This document shows, in pieces, positions 1-9,398 of a DNA stretch of 25,668 nt. The notes beneath the pieces are model-generated. The model searched no databases. It was not told the DNA's origin and saw only the letters and a list, made by a program, of their open reading frames with translations. Source of the DNA: a virus (Duplodnaviria; Caudoviricetes); the IMG/VR virus record IMGVR_UViG_3300036904_000025, positions 1-25,668 of that record. One strand, 5' to 3'. Position numbers and translations under genes: made by a program. Each line of letters opens with the position of its first letter. Position 1 is the stretch's first letter.

Positions 1-2
1 AA

Positions 3-815
3 TGGAAGCAGATAATTCCAATAGCCTTCACATAGGCTCAACGCGGTTAGTGCTAACGCGGCGATCGCCAGCCCGGGTGACCAAGGTGTACGCGATCGCA
101 GAAAGTAGAGCGATCCGCCGACAAGGAAGCTCCATACCAAGAGAAGACCAGGCGGCACATACGAAGCGTCACCATGCACCGCGAATTGCCGGCCAGCGAA
201 TACGACAATCGAGGTGACGGTCAATGCGGGTGTCAACGTGGGCCAGCGCCGGATGCCGATCATCGCCATCGCCGTGATTGCAATGTAGCAGAGAAGCTCG
301 AAGGGCACCGACCATAGCTGGCCATTCACCGCCTTGTCTTGCGCAGCATCAGAAAACACGCCGGGCAAGAAATATTGCGGATCGCCCGTCATGTTGAGAA
401 AGTATCGGCGGAATAGCGGATCGCCGAAATAATCCGAAATGGTGGCATGCGTGAACAGCGGCCCGACGATCAGCGCCGATATCACTGTCTCTACAGCCAG
501 CGCCGGAAAGATACGCAGAAGCCGCAACCCGACGAAGGCGCGCAAGGTTCGGCATCTCTCCAGGCTTCCGGCGACCAGAAAGCCGCTCAGCGCGAAGAAC
601 ATCGGGAGGACCGCGCCCGTCGCCGGGCGAAGCGCGAACGCGATAGCCTTACCCAACGGCGGGAGCGCTGAACCGGCGATCGTCGCGTCGAGTTCAGTGC
701 CGTACGTCAGATACGGAATGTGGATCGCGGCGACAGCGAGAGCCAGCGCGATACGGAGATAATCAAAGCCGGACGGACGTCCCGCGGCCGCAGCGAGCTT
801 TTCGGCGAGGTTCAT
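3..815 (-). CDS. Membrane acyltransferase 3 (OafA/Oac family), 3' end beyond the window
   Basis: Not in the ORF track (no stop in the window). Manual translation from ATG 815: MNLAEKLAAAAGRPSGFDYLRIALALAVAAIH...FFALSGFLV...RLLRIFPAL...VNGQLWSVPFELLCY, i.e. AT3 motifs plus many hydrophobic segments. Open to position 3. Confidence 0.92.
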   Translation of the reverse strand, partial: MNLAEKLAAAAGRPSGFDYLRIALALAVAAIHIPYLTYGTELDATIAGSALPPLGKAIAFALRPATGAVLPMFFALSGFLVAGSLERCRTLRAFVGLRLLRIFPALAVETVISALIVGPLFTHATISDYFGDPLFRRYFLNMTGDPQYFLPGVFSDAAQDKAVNGQLWSVPFELLCYIAITAMAMIGIRRWPTLTPALTVTSIVVFAGRQFAVHGDASYVPPGLLLVWSFLVGGSLYFLRSRTPWSPGLAIAALALTALSLCEGYWNYLLP

Positions 816-837
816 CACTTATCATAGCGCGGCAGGA

Positions 838-1086
838 TTAGCCGCGCACCGGGGCGACCGTCCAATCGCTGGATAGAGCCGCGACAAGCGCCGCCGCCTC
901 ACTGGGCGAGAGCAGCGACTGATCGACATCTGGGATCGATAAGGCGCACCGGCCGTCGGTCGGATGATCCTGCGATGCCCACCAATATTGCGTCGTGTCG
1001 GATGGCCCTCCCGCGCCTTGGGCCAGGGCCATCGCATGATTGCGCGTCGCCGCAGAGGCAGCATCGGAAAAGATCAGATAATTCAT
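838..1086 (-). CDS. Small hypothetical protein, possibly accessory to the tail adhesin
   Basis: ATG 1086 overlaps the upstream TGA (ATGA coupling); MNYLIFSDAASA...TQYWW...HPTDGRCALSI. Confidence 0.7.
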   Translation of the reverse strand: MNYLIFSDAASAATRNHAMALAQGAGGPSDTTQYWWASQDHPTDGRCALSIPDVDQSLLSPSEAAALVAALSSDWTVAPVRG

Positions 1087-2816
1087 GGGATCGTCGTCCA
1101 CGAAACACCACCGCGCGAAGCCATGTTAGCGCCGAGCGTGTTTTCATCAGCCTTGGCGAGAGCGACGTTGAAAGTAATAAATTCAGCAATCGCCCCGGCG
1201 AAGTAATAGCTCGAATAAATGTTTCCGATGCCGCAAGTGTGTGTCACGATGCTGATATTGGGCGCAGATGTAGACGTACCGGAACCGCCATTGACATAGC
1301 CGTTTATGTGAGAACCGTCATACTGCGCCGTCGTGACCAGCACATTCGGATATGTCGCGGCAACATCAGCTTCATATTGACCGCTGTTATAATGCGCTGC
1401 AACGAATCCTGAGCCGTTGAAGCCGTGGAAGAAGTATTCTTGATTGACGTCGCCAAAAATGCCTGGCGCCGATCCAGCCCCATACGACCCCGAGCCGGCG
1501 GTCGGCCGGGACAGGGCGAGTGCGCTATAAGCCGCGGCTGAAACGTAATCGCTGAGCGGCGCGCTTGCATTTGCAAGCTTGCTCGACGTGCCGTTGAACT
1601 GAATGGACGGGATCGAGTTGATTGTCGTGATGACGACGCCGGATGAGACTATCTGCGGCTGATTGCCGGCCGTAGACTGGCTCTGATCGTAGCCGTTGCC
1701 GCTCTGGTCGTACCACTTCGTGACAAAGCCGTTACCGGAGCCGACGAAGGCGAGCAGCCCGACGGTGTCGAGATCGTTGGCGGCCGAGAAGCCGATGTCT
1801 TGCGCAGTATTATCCGATGAGCGGCGCACATTGATTGCATATCCTGCATATGCCGCGCGCAACTTGCGTGTGGAATATGCAGCCGTGGCGGCCGTCGTGA
1901 TGCTGTCGAGCAGCAATGGCAGCGCGTACGTGTAGAGATTGGTGCCGGTGCCCGTTCCGCTGGGCGTCGTCACCGAAACATTCACGACACCCGCCGCATG
2001 TGCGCCGGTAGTGCAGGTGATGGTCGTGCTGTTGACGACCGTGATGCCAGTTGCCGCGACACCACCGATGCTGACCGCAGTAGCGCCGATGAAGAATGTG
2101 CCGGTGACCGTGACGGACGCGCCGCCGCTCGTGCTCCCGCTCGATGGTGAGATCCCGGTGACCGTCGGCGCGGGCACCGGCGCCGGGAGCGTGTTGGCCT
2201 TCACGCTGCGAAACTTCATGCTGTCGAGCTTCCACAGCGTCGACATGTTTTCTTCGAAGTCCATATCGTCTTCGAGAAACCGGCACTGAAATGCGAAGGT
2301 GAAGTCGGCAGTAATGGCGACGCCGGCACCTGGCGACACCGCGAAGACGATGCAATTCGGCGCGGTAAACGACCATGAGCCCGACGATTGCGCGACGCCG
2401 TTCAAATAGACGGTCGTGATTCCGGTGACCCATGACACCGGCTCGTTCCAACCACCAAGTGTGCGGCCGATGACGAATGATTGCGTCGTCCCGTCGCCGG
2501 TCCAGATCGGGCCGGCCGCGATAGTGTTGTCGTCTGGATCGCTATACAGGAACGTGTTCGCTTGTCCCTGCATCTGCATGTAGAAGCCCATCATCGTTTG
2601 CAGCGATGATGCCGTCAGGCCCTGCGCAGCGCCGCCGCTCGCGGCCGACGTCAGTCCTCCGTACTTGGCCTCGAATTCATAAAGAGCGTTTGGCTGCAAC
2701 GCGACGCGGACCTCACGCCCAGACACATGCATTGCTACACGGGTCGAAAAATTCGGCTTCTTATGACGTGACCAGGTAAGGCCTTTCACTGTCGGCAGTG
2801 ACGGAGGCGTCGTCAT
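1083..2816 (-). CDS. DUF2460-type distal tail-like protein fused to IPT/TIG and ConA/LamG-like lectin domains
   Basis: Directly follows the tape measure gene. N-terminus FSTRVAMHVSGREVR...FLYSDPDD...GDGTTQSF...ADFTFAFQCRF; IPT repeat PTVTGISPSSGSTSGGASVTVTGT; C-terminus AAYSTRKLRAAYAG...VRRSSDN...VTKWYDQSGNG. Confidence 0.85.
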   Translation of the reverse strand: MTTPPSLPTVKGLTWSRHKKPNFSTRVAMHVSGREVRVALQPNALYEFEAKYGGLTSAASGGAAQGLTASSLQTMMGFYMQMQGQANTFLYSDPDDNTIAAGPIWTGDGTTQSFVIGRTLGGWNEPVSWVTGITTVYLNGVAQSSGSWSFTAPNCIVFAVSPGAGVAITADFTFAFQCRFLEDDMDFEENMSTLWKLDSMKFRSVKANTLPAPVPAPTVTGISPSSGSTSGGASVTVTGTFFIGATAVSIGGVAATGITVVNSTTITCTTGAHAAGVVNVSVTTPSGTGTGTNLYTYALPLLLDSITTAATAAYSTRKLRAAYAGYAINVRRSSDNTAQDIGFSAANDLDTVGLLAFVGSGNGFVTKWYDQSGNGYDQSQSTAGNQPQIVSSGVVITTINSIPSIQFNGTSSKLANASAPLSDYVSAAAYSALALSRPTAGSGSYGAGSAPGIFGDVNQEYFFHGFNGSGFVAAHYNSGQYEADVAATYPNVLVTTAQYDGSHINGYVNGGSGTSTSAPNISIVTHTCGIGNIYSSYYFAGAIAEFITFNVALAKADENTLGANMASRGGVSWTTIP

Positions 2817-2828
2817 CGGCGCTGCACC

Positions 2829-5108
2829 TTATCGTGCTGTTCGCAGGCCGAGGTGACCGCCGCGCCGGCGCCAGTCGTTGAGGCTCTTTCCGATCTTGTG
2901 CGCGTTGTCGTTGAGGAACCGCTCAACGTCCGTCGAGTCCAGCGCGTTCACGTGCAGATGTGTGTCGCCGACACCGCCGCGGCCGCCGCGCAACGCTGAT
3001 CGCATCTCATCAGCAACGCCGCCCTGCGATGGCACGACGATTTCGTCTTTGTGGCCGAGATAGAAACCGGTGTCGGGCAGGCCCCAGGAGCCTGTCGCAT
3101 AGCCGCCGAGAAAGCTCATGCCGCCGGCAAGCGTAGATGCTCCAGCGGCTGCACCGATCGCCGGCGCGGCCGGGCCGGATTCTGGAGCGACCGCGGCCGT
3201 CACCTCGGCAGCGGTCTGACCGGAAGACGCGAAGATCGATTTGATCGCGTTGCCGATCGTCTCGAGGATGCTGACTTGGCCGGAGGCGGTTGCTGATGCG
3301 GCACGGGCAGCATCGCCACCGACGCTAGCGGCCGTCATTCCAGTTTCGGCGGCGATATGGGCGGCAAGCCGACGGGCGATGTCGGCTAAATATTCGGCGG
3401 TAAGCTTGATCTGATTCTTGATCTCGTCGAGCACGAGATCAGCGGCAACCTGCTTGCTCGCCTGCGCGAATGTCTCCTTGCCCTGCAGCATCTTGAGCAG
3501 CTGAGAATTGAGCGCGCCAGCGACTGCATCGCCGGCGGCTTTCCATTCCTTGGCGTCGTTCTCGGCGGCTTGGTCGACGATCTTCTGTCGATCGGCGAAA
3601 TACTTGGCCTCAAGCTCCTTGCGCTGATCGATCGACTTCTGAAGAATCTCGGTTTTTTCGTTCTCGGCCTTTTGCCAGTCGGCCGTGCCTTTGGCATAGA
3701 GGGCGAGCTTCTGCTGAACAGCGGCCATCTCGGCGCCAACTTCGGCCGTGATCGCCTGCTCTTGGGCCGATCGCTTCTGATCGAGCGCCGCGAGGAGTGC
3801 CATCGTCTCCTGGCTCTGCGTCATTTCATGAAGCTTCACTTCGGCCGCGAGATGCTCCTTCGTCGAATTAAACGCGGTGTCGGCGAGCTTGATGGCGGTG
3901 CTGGCCTGCTCCTGAGCCTGCTTCATCAGCTCGCTATATTGCTCGGCTGCAGCCTTCAACGCGTCTTTATCTGGGCCAGGCGGCGGCTTGTTGGCCTTGA
4001 TGTCTGGCGCCTCGACCGTGCCGAGAGCGGTTCTGATTTCATCGGCAGCTTTCTTGGCGATGCCACCGATATTGGTGAGCATCGTCTTAGCGTTGTCCTG
4101 AAGATGCGTCTGCAGATCGCTCCAGGCGCCCTTCATGTCCGAGAAATTCAGCGTGAAGGCGTCGTACATGACGCGACCGGTCGCCTGCCAAAGAGCAGCG
4201 ATATCTTTCGCTGCCGCCTTAGTCAGCTCCCAAAACGACTCAACAGTCGCTATCGCGACGGCAAAGGAAATGTCGACCAGATCCACGGCGGCGGCGACAA
4301 CCTCAAAGACGACTTTCCAAGTTCCGCCATCGTCGATCGATTTTTTGATTGCCGCCGAAACGTCGGTGAATATTTTGACCATTCCGGAGAAGGACGGCGC
4401 GAGTACACCGACGATCGTGGCGCCCAAGCCCCGTGCGGACGCACCTGCAATGTTGTCGTGCTCCGCGAGATCGGTCAGCGCCGCGACCGTTTGGTCCGTC
4501 AGGATCGCGCCGGCGTCTTCGCCGGCCTTCATCAGCTCATTGATGCCGTCACGGCCCTTTTCAAGTTCAGGCGTCAACCCGGCCGCCTGTCGGCCCATCA
4601 GCTGCAGGCCCAATGTCGTCGGGTTGATGCCCTCGTCCTTCAAGCGTTTGTAGCTATCGGCTAAAAGGCCGACTTGCTCCGTGATCGGCACAGAGAGCAT
4701 CTGCTGGGCGGAAAGACCAAGTTCGCGAAGAGCAGCCGCCTGCGCCGATGTTGGATCCTTGGCGCGCTGGAGATTGACCTGAAGCCGCTCCAGCGTGCGC
4801 GCCATGCTCTCCGCGGAGCCGCCGGTGACCTCGGCCACAAAACCAAGCTCCTGCGTGTCTTTGACCGACACGCCGAGCATGGCCGACGTCCTGGTAACCT
4901 CCTCGCCGACCTCGGCCATGCGCGCGGCGAAGTCCGCGATTTTTTCGATCGCGAATGCCGCGATGACGATCTCGCCTAGTTCCTTCAGGCTGCCAGACAG
5001 CTCGTTAATCGGACTGGTAAAGCCCTCTATTTTTCCCTTTAGCGAATCGATGGCCGCAGTCGCGCCCTCAACCGACGCTCCAAATTGCAGCGTGATGTCG
5101 TCAGACAT
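2829..5108 (-). CDS. Tail tape measure protein
   Basis: Long Ala-rich helical protein after the tail chaperones, with C-terminal GGYATG...HKDEIVVP. Start placed at MSDDITLQFGAS (5108), overlapping the chaperone stop. Confidence 0.9.
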   Translation of the reverse strand: MSDDITLQFGASVEGATAAIDSLKGKIEGFTSPINELSGSLKELGEIVIAAFAIEKIADFAARMAEVGEEVTRTSAMLGVSVKDTQELGFVAEVTGGSAESMARTLERLQVNLQRAKDPTSAQAAALRELGLSAQQMLSVPITEQVGLLADSYKRLKDEGINPTTLGLQLMGRQAAGLTPELEKGRDGINELMKAGEDAGAILTDQTVAALTDLAEHDNIAGASARGLGATIVGVLAPSFSGMVKIFTDVSAAIKKSIDDGGTWKVVFEVVAAAVDLVDISFAVAIATVESFWELTKAAAKDIAALWQATGRVMYDAFTLNFSDMKGAWSDLQTHLQDNAKTMLTNIGGIAKKAADEIRTALGTVEAPDIKANKPPPGPDKDALKAAAEQYSELMKQAQEQASTAIKLADTAFNSTKEHLAAEVKLHEMTQSQETMALLAALDQKRSAQEQAITAEVGAEMAAVQQKLALYAKGTADWQKAENEKTEILQKSIDQRKELEAKYFADRQKIVDQAAENDAKEWKAAGDAVAGALNSQLLKMLQGKETFAQASKQVAADLVLDEIKNQIKLTAEYLADIARRLAAHIAAETGMTAASVGGDAARAASATASGQVSILETIGNAIKSIFASSGQTAAEVTAAVAPESGPAAPAIGAAAGASTLAGGMSFLGGYATGSWGLPDTGFYLGHKDEIVVPSQGGVADEMRSALRGGRGGVGDTHLHVNALDSTDVERFLNDNAHKIGKSLNDWRRRGGHLGLRTAR

Positions 5109-5466
5109 TGTCGTCGATCCTGATACTTTGCTTACTATCCGACGGTTCGAAGAACCGCGCTGGATTGGCAAACCAGTCTGCGTTTTCAGCCTTGGCGCGC
5201 TCGAATGCGCCAGCCGGCAAGTCGACCAATTTGAGCGGTCGTTTGTAGCCCTGACGGAATGCCAGGAAGGCCGTCATCACGTAAGTTGGTGGAACAACGT
5301 CACAGCTATCGTCGATCGCCTTGAGACGAGGCCACGTGACAGAGTTTTCGACGTAATCCCAGGTCCAACCCATCGTCCGGCATATGCTGACGATAAGCGC
5401 ATCCCAGTCGAGCGCTACTGGAGCGGTGCCGGCGCCGTCGTTGCCGGCACCGGAATGGATTCCCCC
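5101..5466 (-). CDS. Tail assembly chaperone C-terminal extension (gpT-like), reached by -1 frameshift
   Basis: The -1 frame is open from the slippery site GGGGGAA (5466-5460): GIHSGAGNDGAGTAPVALDWDALIVSICRTMGWTWDYVENSVTWPRL..., ending at 5101. Confidence 0.8.
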   Translation of the reverse strand, partial: GGIHSGAGNDGAGTAPVALDWDALIVSICRTMGWTWDYVENSVTWPRLKAIDDSCDVVPPTYVMTAFLAFRQGYKRPLKLVDLPAGAFERAKAENADWFANPARFFEPSDSKQSIRIDDNV

Positions 5467-5885
5467 GGCGCGCCGTCCGCCTGGCTGGCCCCCTTCTTCT
5501 TGAAGGCGAAGCTCTGCGCCATGACCACCGGGAGGGCGATGATGACTTCGTCCAGGCCGATCGCCAGCTCATTCTCGAACTGCTCGCGGGTGAACTCCGG
5601 ATAGCCGCGCGTGACCGCCGCATAGATTGCGTCGCACATGTTGGCGAATGCTTCTGCATCGATACCGAAGAAGCCGCCTCTTAGCGCCTTCTCGATCTCG
5701 GTCGACGGATTTTCGCTCTGCGCGACTTGTTCCATCCGGCCGATGATCGGCAGAATCGTCGACAGCTTGTCGATGACGACGCGGTTTTGCGCGAGCGCCA
5801 GGCGCGGAATATGAAATTCGCGCCCCCCAATTTTTATGGAGGGCGCGTTGTTCAGCTCAGCTTCAGTGATGTACTTGTTCGCCAT
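5415..5885 (-). CDS. Tail assembly chaperone (gpG-like)
   Basis: Lies between tail tube and tape measure genes, has a GGAG RBS, and has a slippery heptamer near its 3' end. Confidence 0.85.
   Translation of the reverse strand: MANKYITEAELNNAPSIKIGGREFHIPRLALAQNRVVIDKLSTILPIIGRMEQVAQSENPSTEIEKALRGGFFGIDAEAFANMCDAIYAAVTRGYPEFTREQFENELAIGLDEVIIALPVVMAQSFAFKKKGASQADGAPGESIPVPATTAPAPLQ
5460..5466 (-). other. Programmed -1 ribosomal frameshift site G GGG GAA
   Basis: Reads CCG GGG GAA in the chaperone frame; a -1 shift enters the frame of ORF 5101..5373. Confidence 0.8.
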
Positions 5886-5916
5886 GTCGTGAAGTGCTCC
5901 TGGAAAGCCTCAGACG

Positions 5917-6678
5917 TTATGACAAGTCGCCGAACGACATGGTGCCGATATTGCCGGTGCCGTCATCCATGATTTCGCAGTCGAATTCGGGGATCTCGTA
6001 ATCGCTCGTCTTGCTGTTGAGCGTCAGCTTTGAGCTCGTCATGCGATTGATGACGAGCGTGGTGAACAACCCCGATCGAGGATCGCGATTGCGGAACACG
6101 CCGGAGAAGAACGGCGTGGTGCCGAGGGGCTGATTGGTGATCGCGACTTTCTGGCCCGCGCTCGTGAACGTGTAGGTGTACGAGATGACCACAGCCGCGC
6201 TCGCATCCGCGGCCGCGAACGTGTAGACGCCGGCGGACTGGGAATATTGCCCCACCGTCGGCCCCGATGCGACCAGCTGAAGCGGCATGCCATTTGAGTA
6301 ATTGACGCCCTGGTCGGAGGCGAAGGTGCCTGAGCTAGGCGCGGTCGGCGTGATTGTATACGTCGAGCTCGCCGGCACCGTGTGCGCTTCGACCGCCTGC
6401 AATGCGGTCTGCCCGGCGACAAGCGTCTGCCCGAAAAAGATGTCATTGATGACACCGCCTGACATCAGCCCGGACTTAGCCTTCATGCCCCACTTCGCCT
6501 CGCCACGCGCGACGAATGCGGCAAACTGGTTGGTGCCGAAGATCGGCTTCGTGCTGAAGCTGAAATCGAAGTCACAGCTTTGCAGCAATCCGAATTCGCG
6601 CGGCGTCGCCGGCACGATGTCCGTGTTTTGGACATAGAGGCGGCCGGCGCCAAAGCTTGCAAGTGCCGGTGAGGTCAT
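5917..6678 (-). CDS. Tail tube (major tail) protein with an inserted beta-rich domain
   Basis: SFGAGRLY...FGLLQSCDFDFSFSTKPIFG...ARGEAK...DYEIPEFD; AAGGAG RBS; located before the chaperones. Confidence 0.82.
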   Translation of the reverse strand: MTSPALASFGAGRLYVQNTDIVPATPREFGLLQSCDFDFSFSTKPIFGTNQFAAFVARGEAKWGMKAKSGLMSGGVINDIFFGQTLVAGQTALQAVEAHTVPASSTYTITPTAPSSGTFASDQGVNYSNGMPLQLVASGPTVGQYSQSAGVYTFAAADASAAVVISYTYTFTSAGQKVAITNQPLGTTPFFSGVFRNRDPRSGLFTTLVINRMTSSKLTLNSKTSDYEIPEFDCEIMDDGTGNIGTMSFGDLS

Positions 6679-6731
6679 CGGAGTCTTCTCCTTGTGAGGA
6701 TTGGCGCGCGATCAGAGCAAAGGCGCGGCGG

Positions 6732-7040
6732 TTAGAGCGCCTTCGCCAGGCGCGCCTTGAGTTCGTCGACGGTCGTGCGCACGCTCGCAACGTGCTGCTC
6801 AAACCAAGTTTCGATCTCGTTCATGATCCGCGCCGCGCCGCCTTCGACAGAGGCAGCGGCCGCTTCCGCGTTCTGAGCCACTTCAGTCACAGGCGAGGTT
6901 GTCGGCTGCGCGACCGGGACCGGGGCAGGCGCCGGCGTGATGGTTGCCGCGGCCGCCGGCGCGACGGGCTGAGCCGGCGCGGTCGATGCAGCCGGTGCAG
7001 GTGCGGCAGCCGACGTTGCAGTGGGGGAAGCGTCACTCAT
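6732..7040 (-). CDS. Ala/Pro-rich hypothetical protein with a C-terminal amphipathic helix
   Basis: GGAG RBS; low-complexity N-terminal half followed by ARIMNEIETWFEQHVASVRTTVDELKARLAKAL. Confidence 0.75.
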   Translation of the reverse strand: MSDASPTATSAAAPAPAASTAPAQPVAPAAAATITPAPAPVPVAQPTTSPVTEVAQNAEAAAASVEGGAARIMNEIETWFEQHVASVRTTVDELKARLAKAL

Positions 7041-7051
7041 CTGGTTTGCTC

Positions 7052-7480
7052 CTATGGGGCGAGAATTGCGATCGGGACGATCGCGAGTCCTAACCCGGTG
7101 AGATCACCGGGATCCTTGAAAACGCGGCCTTCGATGCGGGCGTAGTAGACGAGGCCACCGAGGGTAAAGAACGGCTCGTTACCGGGCGGCTTCAGCGCCG
7201 CATCGAGCGCATCCAAGATCGTGTCGAGCTCGGTCGACGGCGTCGCATTCGGATCGAGGCCCGACGCCGTGTAGATCCACGCGTCGGCCTTCAGCGTCAC
7301 CTTCTGCAGCGTGCCGTTGTACGAATAGTCCTCGTCGTCTTCGATCATGAACATCGCCGGCTTGGCGACGTCGCTCATATTGCGCGGCAGCACGATCCGC
7401 CTGCCCGTCGTCTGAAAACTGGCGACGGCCTGCAGCGCCGTGAACATCGCGGTCATGACCGTGCCGCGCGAATTCATCAT
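7052..7480 (-). CDS. Putative tail terminator / tail completion protein
   Basis: Size and position; PAMF...LDTILDALDAAL...TLGGLV pattern; ATGA overlap with the upstream gene. Confidence 0.7.
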   Translation of the reverse strand: MMNSRGTVMTAMFTALQAVASFQTTGRRIVLPRNMSDVAKPAMFMIEDDEDYSYNGTLQKVTLKADAWIYTASGLDPNATPSTELDTILDALDAALKPPGNEPFFTLGGLVYYARIEGRVFKDPGDLTGLGLAIVPIAILAP

Positions 7481-7962
7481 CTGAGCGCCAAGCCCTCGCG
7501 GACGGCCTCGTTCAGACCTTCGCGGATTTGTTGCTCCATGTCGGCCAGCGACGATCGCATGTAGGAACGCTCCGGCATCGTCACTGTGTGAGCGCGCGTG
7601 CGAGCGGCGAACACCGTCGCGCCGCCGGCCTGGAACATCAGCGCTTTGGCTTTGACGGGAACGATCTCAGGCACATTGATGGTGCCGCCGAATTCGTGGA
7701 TCGCCGCGTATGGTACGCTGCCAGGCTCGACGACCTGGCCGGTGACGCTCGTCGCGGTGCTGAGCACACGCTCGAAGGCGCTGTCTCGCAGCAATCCGGA
7801 TCGCACTTTCAGCACTTCACCGGATAGCTTGCCCTTGACCTTGGCGAGCAACTGATAAGCCAGCGCAGTAACCTTGCGCTCGAGCGAGGCCTTCACCTTG
7901 TTAGGCATCGCCGTCAGTTTGGCGATGACCTCTTTGTCGCCGACAAGCGAAACGTTCAGCAT
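7477..7962 (-). CDS. HK97 gp10-like / virion morphogenesis neck protein
   Basis: Motifs RSGLLRDS, PYAAIHEFGG and MPERSYMRSSL. Confidence 0.85.
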   Translation of the reverse strand: MLNVSLVGDKEVIAKLTAMPNKVKASLERKVTALAYQLLAKVKGKLSGEVLKVRSGLLRDSAFERVLSTATSVTGQVVEPGSVPYAAIHEFGGTINVPEIVPVKAKALMFQAGGATVFAARTRAHTVTMPERSYMRSSLADMEQQIREGLNEAVREGLALR

Positions 7963-8170
7963 CGGTCGGGCGCGAAATAGTTGGCGAATGGCCAGATCGT
8001 CACGATCCGATAATCGTCAACAGATGGCGACCACCACGCTATCGAGAAACAAAATCGCGGCAAGATAGCGCGAGTGCCACCAGGCGTTTGCAGATATCGC
8101 GCTCCGATCCCGCACAGCAATTGCCTGAACGGGCCACGATGACTGGTTGTCCGGCGCAGATGGATGACTA

Positions 8171-9013
8171 TCAGAGCGGCACCACGTTTTTATATTGGTT
8201 CAAGATCGACTTGATGTGGTCGCTCATGTCTTTCTGAGTGAACGATGTCGAGATATGGCCGCCTTGCGATTCCGACACCATGCCGATCCGCCCCTTGTAG
8301 CGATATCTCTCGCCGACAAGTTCGATGCACGCTTGCTCGAGATCGGCTGGCGTGAAGCTGTATGAGACGAGGAGCGGCGCATTGGCGTCGGCCGCCGACA
8401 GCTGATAGACGCCCGCAACTACAGAGTACTGTCCGACGGCAGGAGCGCTGCCGACTTTCGTCAGAGCAACGCCGGTGTTGGCATAGACGACACCATTGTC
8501 GGCATTCCATGGGCCGTATGGTGCATTGACCGGAAACGAATAGGCCGGGCTCGCTGTCGACAGCGCGACCTGGGACTCGCTCGCGACCAAATATCCCGCC
8601 GTGACCGTGACCGCGATGTTCTGCGATCCGCGAGGAAATCGGCCGCCACGATAATAGAGCAGCTGCGTCCGCGCCGGCGGGATGCCGTTCCATTGCTGGA
8701 ATGCATAGCCGGGCGAGACATTCCCAGAGGTCAGCGGTGGGGCGATCGCCACAGCGCTTCCGTTGACATTGAGCGCAGTCACCGCCGTCACCGGAAAGCG
8801 GCGCATCATCAAACGATCGCCGTCGATCCCGTCGTAATAATCGGTGTAGCTCGCCGACTGAAGCGGCGGGCTGGAGATCGTGCTCAGCAGTAGCCGGCTG
8901 GCCTCGGTGATCAGGCGCCCAAGCAATGCATCATCTTGCGAGCCGACGGGCGGATTGCCCGACAGCCACGCCTTCGCATTGGCAAGCGTCGTGAGGTCAG
9001 CCGGCGAAGTCAT
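8171..9013 (-). CDS. Head-tail connector (gp6/gp15-like adaptor) with inserted domain
   Basis: DLTTLANAKAWL...DDALLGRLITEAS...NIAVTVTAGY...PADLEQACIELV...ILNQYK. Confidence 0.88.
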   Translation of the reverse strand: MTSPADLTTLANAKAWLSGNPPVGSQDDALLGRLITEASRLLLSTISSPPLQSASYTDYYDGIDGDRLMMRRFPVTAVTALNVNGSAVAIAPPLTSGNVSPGYAFQQWNGIPPARTQLLYYRGGRFPRGSQNIAVTVTAGYLVASESQVALSTASPAYSFPVNAPYGPWNADNGVVYANTGVALTKVGSAPAVGQYSVVAGVYQLSAADANAPLLVSYSFTPADLEQACIELVGERYRYKGRIGMVSESQGGHISTSFTQKDMSDHIKSILNQYKNVVPL

Positions 9014-9020
9014 CGGCTAT

Positions 9021-9398
9021 TTACTGCGGCTGAGCCGGCGGCGACGGCGGTACGGCGGGCGCTACTTCGCTGGCGGTCATCTGCGGCGCAGGACTGGCAG
9101 CCGGAGAAGGTTCGGAAGCTGGCGGGACCTGGGGCGCTGGCGCCGGCTCGGCCGTAACAGGAGTCGGCGCAACAGGCTCGACTGTAGCGGGCGCGGCAGT
9201 AGAGGCGGGGTGAACTTCCTCGGCTTTAGGCACAACGCGAATATCGGGCGTGAACGTGATCGGTGTCGCGCCGTGATGGCGGATCAATTCCTCGGCGACG
9301 TTCTGCGGCACTTCGAGCTGGCCACCGGGTTCGCCGCGGAATTCCATTCCGCCGATTCCGATATTGCCTGTGAATGCCGCTGGCATTTGTACGCGCAT
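9021..9398 (-). CDS. Small head-associated protein with a Pro/Ala-rich tail
   Basis: AGGAG RBS 5 nt before ATG 9398; immediately after the capsid gene; ~50-aa globular N-terminus, then PAST-rich sequence. Confidence 0.75.
   Translation of the reverse strand: MRVQMPAAFTGNIGIGGMEFRGEPGGQLEVPQNVAEELIRHHGATPITFTPDIRVVPKAEEVHPASTAAPATVEPVAPTPVTAEPAPAPQVPPASEPSPAASPAPQMTASEVAPAVPPSPPAQPQ

Noticed and set aside
2-762. + strand ORFs 2..217, 439..762 and 447..671
   Set aside because: Antisense to the acyltransferase, which has clear family motifs.
1083-1920. Diversity-generating retroelement target in the lectin domain
   Set aside because: No reverse transcriptase and no TR/VR repeat pair visible in the window.
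1083-2816. Gene transfer agent cluster (suggested by DUF2460)
   Set aside because: The linked primase-helicase, accessory genes and non-RcGTA-type head genes indicate a true phage.
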